IMG/VR virus record: IMGVR_UViG_3300005758_000083
Coordinates: 1-29,346 of that record
Reading direction: 5' to 3' (one strand)
From: a virus
Lineage: Duplodnaviria; Caudoviricetes
DNA length: 29,346 nt
The notes under the pieces were generated by a model. The model was not told the origin of the DNA. It did not search any database and saw only the letters and a list, made by a program, of their open reading frames with translations. Each line of letters begins with the position of its first letter. Position 1 is the stretch's first letter. This document shows positions 16,518 through 24,600 of the stretch, piece after piece. Both the position numbers and the translations under genes were made by a program.

Positions 16518-17606
16518 ATGTGTCTGATCATCACCGGTTCATCCAAGCTCGTCCGTGACACCCTGCTTCACACGCCGGGCCTGCTCGATGACATCCACCG
16601 TAGCAACTCCGATGGCGTCGGCTACATGTATGCCAACAAGCATGGCCTCAAGGTCGTGAAGAAGCTGGCCAAGCACGTCCTCGATCTCGAGCACATCATC
16701 AGCAACATGCCGCAGGACGATCGCAACATGGCGATCCACTTCCGCATGAAGACCCACGGCGACATCGACTTGGCCAACTGCCACCCGTACACAGTGGTGG
16801 ATGGCGAGGTGGCCATGATGCACAACGGCATCCTGCACACCGGCAACACAGCGGACACAACCAAGTCCGATACGTGGCACTTCATCCAGGACTACCTGGT
16901 TGACGCCGTCGAGTCAGCTCCTGATGTGGTGCATTCGACTGGCTTCCGCTCGCTGGTCGGTGAGTTCATCGGCAACAACCGCTTTGTCTTCATGAGCAAG
17001 GACGGCACGATGTCCCATGTCAACTACGACCAGGGCGTCGAGGTTGGCAAGCTGTGGTTCAGCAACACCTACGCCTGGACACCTGGCCTGCTGATCCCGG
17101 GGTATCGGATGCCGTACACATCCGCTTATCACGGCTCATGGTACGGCTCCTTTCGTGATGACGCAGGGGAGATGGAAGACGGGCTCAACCACCGGTACTA
17201 CAGCACGAAAGAAGAAGACGCAGAAGACCTTGCGCTCTGGGAAAGCGCAAACATCACGGAAGAAACAATTCTGGACTCGGTTACAGAATTTTGTGACCCG
17301 GATGCGGTAGCTGAGATGCTGGACCTGCGTCCGTACAAGGTGCTGAAGACCCTGTTCGAGAAGCGCATCCCGATTCGCTCTCGCTACGCCGATCGCAACC
17401 ACATGAACAACGACTACCTCAGGGTTGTTGACGCCATCTGCGACGAGAACATCTCGGTGCTGACCAGCCTGGCCATCAAGGATGTGGAGGCTGTGGCCGA
17501 GTGCCTTTGCTACTACATCGACTGGGCGGAGCCGATCGAGGATGAACTGGTCACTCGCCAGGGACAGCTCGATCTGGTGGTGGACAACGAGCGCTACGCA
17601 GCCTGA
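16518..17606 (+). CDS. Class II (Ntn) glutamine amidotransferase
   Basis: Starts MCLII (N-terminal Cys nucleophile); NSDG.G, HFR..THG, NCHP, HNGIL, SDT motifs; RBS AAGGAG. Confidence 0.88.
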   Translation: MCLIITGSSKLVRDTLLHTPGLLDDIHRSNSDGVGYMYANKHGLKVVKKLAKHVLDLEHIISNMPQDDRNMAIHFRMKTHGDIDLANCHPYTVVDGEVAMMHNGILHTGNTADTTKSDTWHFIQDYLVDAVESAPDVVHSTGFRSLVGEFIGNNRFVFMSKDGTMSHVNYDQGVEVGKLWFSNTYAWTPGLLIPGYRMPYTSAYHGSWYGSFRDDAGEMEDGLNHRYYSTKEEDAEDLALWESANITEETILDSVTEFCDPDAVAEMLDLRPYKVLKTLFEKRIPIRSRYADRNHMNNDYLRVVDAICDENISVLTSLAIKDVEAVAECLCYYIDWAEPIEDELVTRQGQLDLVVDNERYAA

Positions 17607-17611
17607 ACAAC

Positions 17612-17649
17612 GGGGCTCCCCCTTCTCTTGCGGAGGGGGACCCCCTTCT
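17612..17649. promoter_or_regulatory. Early-region hairpin element, copy 4 (partial)
   Basis: TCCCCCTTC TCTTGC GGAGGGGGA-CCCCCTTCT; same TTGC loop core and GAGGGGG arm, lacks TCGTCG. Confidence 0.5.
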
Positions 17650-17663
17650 ACTTTGGAGATCTG

Positions 17664-18167
17664 ATGGAACTGATAGATGTATTCACTAAGGGTATCAAGC
17701 CGATGGTTGGAGATATCACCGACAAGGTGTGTGTCATCCGCCCAACAGGGTTGAACAAGCGGTATCAATCGCCGCGCTTCCAATTGTTCAAGGCAACCGG
17801 AGGGTTCGGTTGCAAGCCAGAGAACAACGGTAGCAAAGTGTTCGGGTTCTACCTCGCAGACAGCGAGGAAGACACTCGCCATCGGTATGACTTCATCGGC
17901 CTTGCATCCGATGAGTTGATCGAGCAGGCGATGCAAGACAGCACGCCTGTCAAAGAGATAGACAAGACAGCCGTCGGCTATCTCGTCATCAGCAACAACC
18001 AGCACTGGGCTGTCGGCGTCTCGATCTCAGACGCCAAGTCCAAGCTGTCCAGCATTGGTGGTCGTGGTATCAGTCAATGTTTCCTTTGCCACCCTGAAAC
18101 CTTTGTCAGTGAGATGGGCCAGATCATCACGCCCAAAGACACCAACCTAACTGAACTCAAGATCTAA
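17664..18167 (+). CDS. Hypothetical protein with QLF.ATGGFGC domain
   Basis: RBS GGAG before ATG 17664; 167 aa. Confidence 0.7.
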   Translation: MELIDVFTKGIKPMVGDITDKVCVIRPTGLNKRYQSPRFQLFKATGGFGCKPENNGSKVFGFYLADSEEDTRHRYDFIGLASDELIEQAMQDSTPVKEIDKTAVGYLVISNNQHWAVGVSISDAKSKLSSIGGRGISQCFLCHPETFVSEMGQIITPKDTNLTELKI

Positions 18168-18176
18168 GGAGAAGAC

Positions 18177-18389
18177 GTGACCGTTCCGTACAACACCGGC
18201 AAGGTGAAGATCGGTCACGCTTATGAGCCGCCAAAGCGCAGGCGCATGAGCCGTGACGAAGAAGAACTGCAACGCATGTTGATCGGCCCAGGTGTTGACG
18301 AGGGGATACGAATCCGCTCGAACACCATCTGGTATGGACTAGCAGCTGGCGTTGCCATCGCAACTATCGCACTGATGATGGGAGCGTAA
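18177..18389 (+). CDS. Small membrane-anchored protein
   Basis: 70 aa; PYNTGKVKIG..YEPP N-terminus, C-terminal TM; RBS AAGGAG. Confidence 0.7.
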   Translation: MTVPYNTGKVKIGHAYEPPKRRRMSRDEEELQRMLIGPGVDEGIRIRSNTIWYGLAAGVAIATIALMMGA

Positions 18390-18577
18390 TGGACAACTGG
18401 CACCAGCACGTAAGGCAACTAATCAGCGACCGTCGTAGCGATGAGCACCTGCTTCACGAGATCACCCAGATCATCATCGACATGGAAGAGATCGAGATGA
18501 TCCCCGAGCCCATCGCCCACGACCTACTCAACTTCATTCGGTACGTGCTGCAACAAGACGACCAACAAAGGAACTGA
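18389..18577 (+). CDS. Hypothetical protein
   Basis: 62 aa; TAATG coupling. Confidence 0.6.
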   Translation: MDNWHQHVRQLISDRRSDEHLLHEITQIIIDMEEIEMIPEPIAHDLLNFIRYVLQQDDQQRN

Positions 18578-18578
18578 C

Positions 18579-19751
18579 ATGCAAGCAGTTATTGATAGCA
18601 CCGCCCCCGTTACCGCCCCGTTCAAGGTTGACACCAGCCGCGGCCAGCGTGATGGCCGAGTCTCGAGCCAGTGGTTCAGCCGCCCAGCTGACCAGAGATT
18701 CCTCTCGTTGTCGGATCTGGCAGATCACGTCGAGGCCCGATCATTCCACGCCAAGACTTCGCTGCTTGACCTGGACGATCTGATGGTCACGGTCAACGAC
18801 GACAACATCGCCCTGATGTTGGAGGACAAGGAGGTCACGCCCAACCACTGGTCGTTCGGTCAGCTGTGCTCCCTGGCTGGAGCTCCGGCTGGCTACCTGC
18901 GCCAGCTGCCTGCCAAGATCGCTGGCATCAACCTCCAGTACGGCCTGGTGGATACCCGTGATGTCGGCATCAAGGCGTACTACCAGGAAGGCGGCGAGCT
19001 GATGGCGGCAACCGGTCAGAACTATGGCCGGGTGCTGGACATCGACATCGTCAAGGCTGTGCAGCAGGTGGCTGGCAATGGTAACGGCGACACCAGGTGG
19101 AAGGTGCCCGGGGTTCTGAACTGGGGCGACGGGACGTACAACCCCTTTGTCGATCCGACCAAGGACACCACCACGCTGTACGCCAGTGACCGGGACGTCT
19201 TCATCTTCCTGGTCGATGACACCCACCCGATCGAGATTGGCAAGCTGTCCAACGGCGAGCCTGACCTGATCTTCCGTGGGTTCTACGTCTGGAACAGCGA
19301 GGTCGGCAGCAAGTCGATGGGCATCTCGACCTTCCTGCTGCGCGGCGTCTGCCAGAACCGCAACCTCTGGGGTCAGCAGGACGTCCAGTCCATGATGATC
19401 CGCCACACCAAGAACGCACCCGAGCGGTTCGCTTCTGAGGTTGGCCCTGCCCTGCTCGAGTACAGCAATGCCAGCGACACCTATGTGATCAACGGCATCA
19501 ACGCTGCCAAGCAGGCGATCGTCGCCAAGAAAGATGAGGATCGTCTGGAGTTCCTGGGCAAGCGCGGGTTCACCCAGCGTCAGGCACAGAACATCATCGA
19601 CACCGTCGTACAGGAGGAGGGCAAGAAGCCGGAGTCCGTGTGGGACTTCGTTCAGGGCATCACCGCCCGAGCCAGGAAGATTGCGCACACCGACGAGCGC
19701 GTCTCGATGGAGAAGATGGCTGGCGACATGCTGGTCAAGGCATCACGTTGA
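18579..19751 (+). CDS. DUF932-like protein
   Basis: 390 aa; SSQWFSRP.DQRFLSL, HWSFGQL, LYASDRDVF.FL, RGFYVWNSEVG, VCQNRNLWG motifs. Confidence 0.8.
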   Translation: MQAVIDSTAPVTAPFKVDTSRGQRDGRVSSQWFSRPADQRFLSLSDLADHVEARSFHAKTSLLDLDDLMVTVNDDNIALMLEDKEVTPNHWSFGQLCSLAGAPAGYLRQLPAKIAGINLQYGLVDTRDVGIKAYYQEGGELMAATGQNYGRVLDIDIVKAVQQVAGNGNGDTRWKVPGVLNWGDGTYNPFVDPTKDTTTLYASDRDVFIFLVDDTHPIEIGKLSNGEPDLIFRGFYVWNSEVGSKSMGISTFLLRGVCQNRNLWGQQDVQSMMIRHTKNAPERFASEVGPALLEYSNASDTYVINGINAAKQAIVAKKDEDRLEFLGKRGFTQRQAQNIIDTVVQEEGKKPESVWDFVQGITARARKIAHTDERVSMEKMAGDMLVKASR

Positions 19752-19758
19752 AGTGAGG

Positions 19759-19785
19759 GGGCCGGGGCAACCCGGCCCTTGTTGT
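19759..19785 (+). terminator. Intrinsic terminator-like hairpin
   Basis: GGGCCGGG GCAA CCCGGCCC TTGTTGT; shares a 17-mer with the 13826 terminator. Confidence 0.6.
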
Positions 19786-20121
19786 ATGGCAAAGACAACC
19801 TTTCACAAGAGCAGGCAGTCATCCTCAACCCACAGGATGTATCACCTGCGCGAATCGTTGATCAACTCCGTCCTTGCATCAGAACCAGAAACACCAAGAC
19901 CGCCCAAGAAGGAGAAGGTATTCCACGGCCCCAAGGGTTACACCAAGAGAGACGCCAGGGTGGTCGTGCCAGACGAGATAGTCCTTGCTGTTCGCTTCAT
20001 GCGTGAACAGCATGGGGCCACGCCAAAACAACTTGCGGAGATTTTCAACCTCAAGGCCAGACAGATCGAATCAATCATCGAATACCGGACGAGGGCGCAC
20101 CTTGTCCCGCAACAACTATGA
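19786..20121 (+). CDS. Putative HTH DNA-binding protein
   Basis: C-terminal GATPKQLAEIFNLKARQIESII; start uncertain. Confidence 0.55.
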   Translation: MAKTTFHKSRQSSSTHRMYHLRESLINSVLASEPETPRPPKKEKVFHGPKGYTKRDARVVVPDEIVLAVRFMREQHGATPKQLAEIFNLKARQIESIIEYRTRAHLVPQQL

Positions 20122-20348
20122 AGACCATCATCCACGTCAATCAGCATGTCATCAAGAGGAACCGAGAGACCGGATCACGAGACCCAGTACTCACCGTCAA
20201 GACCTACAAGTCCAACGACTACGCCCACGCGGTGGAGATCCTCGGCCCTGCCCGAGTCGTTTATCAACCAGACGATCCGCTATCTTGCGGAGCAAGGGTG
20301 TGGATTGAAACCCACGCCGAAGTAAAGCAGCACAAGGAGGCAGCGTGA
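20118..20348 (+). CDS. Conserved phage protein
   Basis: 76 aa; IHVNQHVI..N...P.LTVK...LSCGARVWIET pattern. Confidence 0.75.
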   Translation: MKTIIHVNQHVIKRNRETGSRDPVLTVKTYKSNDYAHAVEILGPARVVYQPDDPLSCGARVWIETHAEVKQHKEAA

Positions 20349-20650
20349 ACTTCATCACTCACAACCAACAGCGCATCAACATCGGAGGCACCAGCCTTCA
20401 GGGGTATGTCAGTACCCGATACAGAGATCTGGTGGCCAAGCTAGGCGAGCCGATGCAGGGCGACGGCTACAAGGTGGACGCCGAGTGGAATCTTCTGTTC
20501 GAAGACGGCACTACTGCCGCCATCTACAACTGGAAGAACGGCCCCGCCTACCTGGGTGATATGGCCAGCATCACGGCCATTGACGAGTGGAACATCGGCG
20601 GCTCATCTCCCAGGGTTGTCGAGCTGGTCAAGGAGGCCCTTGCCGCATGA
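20345..20650 (+). CDS. Conserved phage protein
   Basis: 101 aa; GTSLQGY...LGEP...KVDAEW...IYNWK...WNIGG pattern; RBS AAGGAGG. Confidence 0.75.
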   Translation: MNFITHNQQRINIGGTSLQGYVSTRYRDLVAKLGEPMQGDGYKVDAEWNLLFEDGTTAAIYNWKNGPAYLGDMASITAIDEWNIGGSSPRVVELVKEALAA

Positions 20651-20790
20651 GCCCCTGGCTCATTGCCCTGACCGGTGTGATCTACGCCTACATCGCTGTT
20701 GAGCAGGGCGTGAAGGGGAACCAGCCTATGGCAATGACATATGCTGGTTACGCCTTCAGCAATATCGGTCTATACCTGCTCGCCAAATGA
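20647..20790 (+). CDS. Small two-TM membrane protein (47 aa)
   Basis: MSPWLIALTGVIYAYIA...YAFSNIGLYLLAK; ATGA-coupled. Confidence 0.65.
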   Translation: MSPWLIALTGVIYAYIAVEQGVKGNQPMAMTYAGYAFSNIGLYLLAK

Positions 20791-20957
20791 CCTTCGAATT
20801 CCTCCACGTCATCCCGATCGCTGATCTCCGTGACCACGAACCCGACCTCGATTGCTGGTGCCAACCCTACGTGTACGAGGAGGACGAAGACTACATAATC
20901 CACAACTCCCTCGATGGCAGGGAAGATTTTCAACTCGGAATAAGGAAGCCCTCATGA
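20787..20957 (+). CDS. Small His/Cys putative metal-binding protein (56 aa)
   Basis: MTFEFLHVIPIADLRDHEPDLDCWCQP...HNSLDGRE; ATGA-coupled at both ends; not in ORF track. Confidence 0.65.
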   Translation: MTFEFLHVIPIADLRDHEPDLDCWCQPYVYEEDEDYIIHNSLDGREDFQLGIRKPS

Positions 20958-21118
20958 ATTTCACCTTCACCACCGAACAGATGAACAACATCCTCAAGAT
21001 GCTCGACACCCTGCCGCACGGACAGGTTCGCCCGGTAGTCGATTACGTCCTGGCGGAGTGCAACAAGCAGATGGCTGAGGCCAACAAGCCCAAGGAAGAA
21101 GAGAAGCAGGAAGGCTGA
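20954..21118 (+). CDS. Hypothetical protein (54 aa)
   Basis: MNFTFTTEQMNNILKMLDTLP...; RBS AAGGA. Confidence 0.65.
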   Translation: MNFTFTTEQMNNILKMLDTLPHGQVRPVVDYVLAECNKQMAEANKPKEEEKQEG

Positions 21119-21540
21119 TGGCAAGAGGCGACACCACCAAACGGATCCTTGATGCTGTCGCTGAGTACGGGCCGATGACCACCAGGGAGATCTGCGATCT
21201 CCTTGGCCTGGACATCCTTAGGTCTGGCTCTCTGGTGGCTAGACTGTCAGTGGCTCGCAAGCTCGTGCCCAAGCGCCTGTACATCGAGCGCTGGATCCTG
21301 GATGCCGAAGGCCAGAAGCTATATCCCCGTGCGGTATACGCGCTAGGTGACAAGCCCTGTGCCAAGCGACCGAAGCCTGACCGGGTATCGGTTCAGCGCC
21401 GGTACCGACAAAAGCTGTACTCGAAGTACAAGGCCAACAGCGTGTTCAATCTCCGCTACACGCTACGAGAAGTAGAGCAGATTAGGAAGTCAAATGTGGC
21501 GATTGATCTGGCAGACCGAGCCCAAGTGGAAACTCCCTGA
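21118..21540 (+). CDS. Winged-helix-like basic protein (paralog 1)
   Basis: 140 aa; GPMTT.E, YPR.VY.LG, NSVFNL; paralog of 22255-22629. Confidence 0.7.
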   Translation: MARGDTTKRILDAVAEYGPMTTREICDLLGLDILRSGSLVARLSVARKLVPKRLYIERWILDAEGQKLYPRAVYALGDKPCAKRPKPDRVSVQRRYRQKLYSKYKANSVFNLRYTLREVEQIRKSNVAIDLADRAQVETP

Positions 21541-21745
21541 GTACACCTGGGGCGAAGAGAAGAAGACTTGCGAAGCCTGCAAGCACTATCGTCCTCGCAT
21601 GTCAGGCAATGCGTACCAGCAACACATTGTCATGACCTGTCGGCTCAACCGTATGCACCGTGCCCACCACAGTAGCGGAAGCTGTATCTCGATGAGATAC
21701 GAAGGTGACTGTGGCAGGCTGGCCACGCTGTTCGAACCGAAGTAG
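21494..21745 (+). CDS. Cys-rich small protein
   Basis: 83 aa; CEACKH...C...C...CG; RBS AGGA. Confidence 0.6.
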   Translation: MWRLIWQTEPKWKLPEYTWGEEKKTCEACKHYRPRMSGNAYQQHIVMTCRLNRMHRAHHSSGSCISMRYEGDCGRLATLFEPK

Positions 21746-21750
21746 TTACC

Positions 21751-21784
21751 AGCCCCGGCTCTGCCGGGGTTGCCTTTTCTTCTT
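21751..21784 (+). terminator. Terminator ending early unit
   Basis: AGCCCCGGC TCT GCCGGGGTT followed by T-rich run. Confidence 0.55.
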
Positions 21785-21820
21785 AGGCCCCGGCTCCCCG
21801 AGATTTCCCCGCAGCTGGGC

Positions 21821-21844
21821 AAAAAAATCCCCGCCGAAGCGGGG
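21821..21844 (-). terminator. Intrinsic terminator of helicase unit
   Basis: Minus strand CCCCGC TTCG GCGGGG A TTTTTTT. Confidence 0.85.
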
Positions 21845-21869
21845 TGATCAAGGAGGAGAGAAACCCATT

Positions 21870-22274
21870 CTATAGCGTCTCTCTGACGAAGGCAGAGAAT
21901 GCCTCGAGGCTTACCTCGGCAGTCCACTGAACGCCTTCCCAATCCATTTCAGGCCGCAGGTACTTCAGCGGGATCCTCACCCGCCAGGACTTGAAGTCCT
22001 CCCGGTACGCCAGTGCCGGTACGCGATCCACCTTGATCGCCTGCTCCACGGCCTGCTCCCAGAACTTTGCGATGTCACCTTCCTTAACCTCACGGTAGCG
22101 CTTGATCTCGATGGCCCATCCATCCAGTCCAACGATGTCGTGACCGCCTGCCCTGGTCTGCTCCAGGTTCCGCTTGAGCGGGGCGACAGCTTCCTCTCCC
22201 AGGTAGCCCGAGATTTCCTTGATGAACTCGCGCTCCCCGGCTGCGCCCTTCGCCCTACTGTTGATCTTGCCCAA
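21870..22274 (-). CDS. Holliday junction resolvase-like PD-(D/E)xK nuclease
   Basis: SRAKGAAGERE...RNLEQ...GGHDI...AIEIKR; TTG start after AGGAG. Confidence 0.78.
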   Translation of the reverse strand: MGKINSRAKGAAGEREFIKEISGYLGEEAVAPLKRNLEQTRAGGHDIVGLDGWAIEIKRYREVKEGDIAKFWEQAVEQAIKVDRVPALAYREDFKSWRVRIPLKYLRPEMDWEGVQWTAEVSLEAFSAFVRETL

Positions 22275-22629
22275 CGTCCTGCTCCTTCTTTCCAATCAGG
22301 GATAACCCCAGGTTGAACACTGAGTTCACCATCGCACGTCGAGCCTTGCGTCTCTTGCTGTATCGCTGGTTCACTTCCTTGCGTGTGTCCTTGCGCTTCT
22401 TCGCATCCTTGCCTTCGCCCAGGTGCCAGACCGGACGGGGGTAGCGCTTCTTCCCCTCGCCCAGCGACTGGATCCATCGGCCTACGTGGAGCTTCTTCTT
22501 CTGGCGCATCCGGCACACCGTCACCTGCATGTGGTGATACGACATGCCGGGGAACTCCTCCATCAGGTCGAGAGTAGTCATGGGCCCAAGCTCTGTGAGG
22601 ATCGCTATCACTTTGTCCTCGATCGTCAT
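22255..22629 (-). CDS. Winged-helix-like basic protein (paralog 2)
   Basis: 124 aa; GPMTT, YPRPVW.LG, NSVFNL; RBS GAGG. Confidence 0.7.
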   Translation of the reverse strand: MTIEDKVIAILTELGPMTTLDLMEEFPGMSYHHMQVTVCRMRQKKKLHVGRWIQSLGEGKKRYPRPVWHLGEGKDAKKRKDTRKEVNQRYSKRRKARRAMVNSVFNLGLSLIGKKEQDVGQDQQ

Positions 22630-22638
22630 GCCGTCACC

Positions 22639-24324
22639 TCAATACACCGGAGGTGCGCTGCCATCACGGTAGCGGCCAGACCTTCCCTCCCAAAAGAGAT
22701 TGGCCTGACCTAGCTGTCCTGCCCAGCGGCTGCGCATCTTCTGGACATGGATCTCGGTGGGTGCCTCGACATTGGATTTGTCTCGATGCACGGTGATGAT
22801 GACGTCGGCCTTGTTGGCGAAGTTGGCCGAGCCTGCGATGTCGTACACGGTGGGTACCGGGTAGCTGCCGTCCATCTCACGCCGCAGCTTTGCCGGGTGA
22901 GCGACAAGCCAGACATGAACGCCGTTGGCCTGGGCGAATGACTTGATCTTCGCCAGGAAGTCGCTGATGTACTCCGTCTCCGACACGCCTTCCTTGCGGT
23001 GGGTGTGCGTGAGCTCGTTGTACGGATCCAGCACCAGCCCCTTCATGCCGAAGCGGCGGACGAGGATCTTGGCCCGGTTGAGCAGGTCGGTGATCGTCCT
23101 CTGCTCAGGCATCAGGAACCGGTAGCAGGTCTTCAGCCAGAGCTTGGCGTCCTCGAACTCATCCCGGTTCATCTCCCGCAGTGGCTTGCCGATGCACTTC
23201 TCCATCAGCTTGGCTGCGTGGAAAGACGATGGCTGGTTCTCCGGGGAGAAGATGCCGATCGTCCACCCCTGGTGAAGGGTGAGGTTGACCGTCAGGGCAT
23301 CGAGCCACTCGCTCTTGCCGGATCCGGGAATACCCGTGATGACGCACAACTGCCCTGGCAGAGGGCGGTAGAAGTCGTTGAGCCCACGCCACCCGGTGTC
23401 TGCGCCTTCAGGCATACCCGCCGTGTAGATCGACTCCATCTCCTGGGAGAAGTCGTCCACCGTGAACACGCCTTCGATCGGGTACGCCTGCGCATCGATG
23501 ACGGCTTGCCGCACCGCATCTGCTCCGTGCTTGAGCAAGGTTTCGTTGGCGTCCTTGCAGCCCTCTGGCCACACCACCCGGGAGCAGCGCTCTTTACCCA
23601 GGCGGCGGGACAGCTCGTCCTCGAGCTTGCGTCCTGGCTCATCGTTGTCCACCGCCAGGATGAACCGCTCCACCTGATCCAGGTTCTCGTCGTTGAGGAA
23701 CTCGAACTTGTGGTCGAACGTCTTGGCGTTCGGTGCGGGTGCGCCATCGGGCACCGACACCACGTTGTCCATCCCGCACTGGGCGATGGTCAGCGCATCC
23801 ATCTCCCCCTCTACGACGATCGTCTCGCGGATGGAGATGTGGTCGTAGCGGTAGAACACCTTCTCCGCACCCGACACCTGGCGGAAGTTCTTCGCCCCAT
23901 CCCGGTACTTGAAGTTCACCAGCTCGCCGTGCTTGTAGTACGGGAACGCAATGGCGACGACGTTGCGCTCCACCTGAGGCATCCACACGTTCTCCATGCA
24001 GACACCTTCCGCCTCGAGGGTCTCGACGCTGATGCCTCGCTGGGTGAAGAACTCGATCGCCTTCGAGCTCAGCGGTAGCTGCTGATCGTTGTCTGGTCTG
24101 CTGTACATCTCGCTCCTTGTGAAGGTTGGGGCAGTTCGTTCGCCGCCCTTAAGAAACCCGCCCCATCCGCAGTGCCAGCAGTGCCAGCACCCCTTGATGG
24201 TGTTCACGTTGAGGCAGGGGTAGTTCTTCTTCTTCCTTGTTGGGCTGCACTGTGGGCAGGTGGTCTTCACCTCCTCTCCGTGCCGCGACCCAATGTCTAT
24301 GTCGTAGTCTGAAAAGCTCTCCAT
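22639..24324 (-). CDS. Primase-helicase (T7 gp4/Twinkle-like)
   Basis: Zn finger CPQC..CWHC, TOPRIM VEGEMD and DND, Walker A GIPGSGKS, LDPYN, VAHP.K, GSANF. Confidence 0.92.
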   Translation of the reverse strand: MESFSDYDIDIGSRHGEEVKTTCPQCSPTRKKKNYPCLNVNTIKGCWHCWHCGWGGFLKGGERTAPTFTRSEMYSRPDNDQQLPLSSKAIEFFTQRGISVETLEAEGVCMENVWMPQVERNVVAIAFPYYKHGELVNFKYRDGAKNFRQVSGAEKVFYRYDHISIRETIVVEGEMDALTIAQCGMDNVVSVPDGAPAPNAKTFDHKFEFLNDENLDQVERFILAVDNDEPGRKLEDELSRRLGKERCSRVVWPEGCKDANETLLKHGADAVRQAVIDAQAYPIEGVFTVDDFSQEMESIYTAGMPEGADTGWRGLNDFYRPLPGQLCVITGIPGSGKSEWLDALTVNLTLHQGWTIGIFSPENQPSSFHAAKLMEKCIGKPLREMNRDEFEDAKLWLKTCYRFLMPEQRTITDLLNRAKILVRRFGMKGLVLDPYNELTHTHRKEGVSETEYISDFLAKIKSFAQANGVHVWLVAHPAKLRREMDGSYPVPTVYDIAGSANFANKADVIITVHRDKSNVEAPTEIHVQKMRSRWAGQLGQANLFWEGRSGRYRDGSAPPVY

Positions 24325-24600
24325 TTATGCGTACTTGTTTGTTGTGTACAGACGATCGATTGTTGTCCAACCGCCGTCTGTCCGAACTATGGTGTGCCCT
24401 ACTTGACGCTTGCTACAACGGTACAGAACATGCCGTCCCGTTGTGAGTTGCTTCATGGGGAAAACAAGTGTCTACGAAGTCGTCGTTGATCTCTCACAAC
24501 CACGCAGAAGTCCCTACAATTCACTAGGATTTATAAACAACCGTACATTCCTCACCACTACGCAACGTTTTGTGGTTCGTAGGAACAAGGAGATCAACTT

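Noticed and set aside
17136-18005. 289-aa minus-strand ORF
   Set aside because: Overlaps two better-supported plus-strand genes and the intergenic hairpin; no motifs.
18741-19688. 315-aa minus-strand ORF
   Set aside because: Antisense shadow of the DUF932-like gene.
21791-21810. Third copy of the 24-bp box (GGCTC...GAGATTTCC)
   Set aside because: Only the GAGATTT half matches, and it lies between terminators, not before a start.
22999-24078. 359-aa plus-strand ORF
   Set aside because: Antisense shadow of the primase-helicase.
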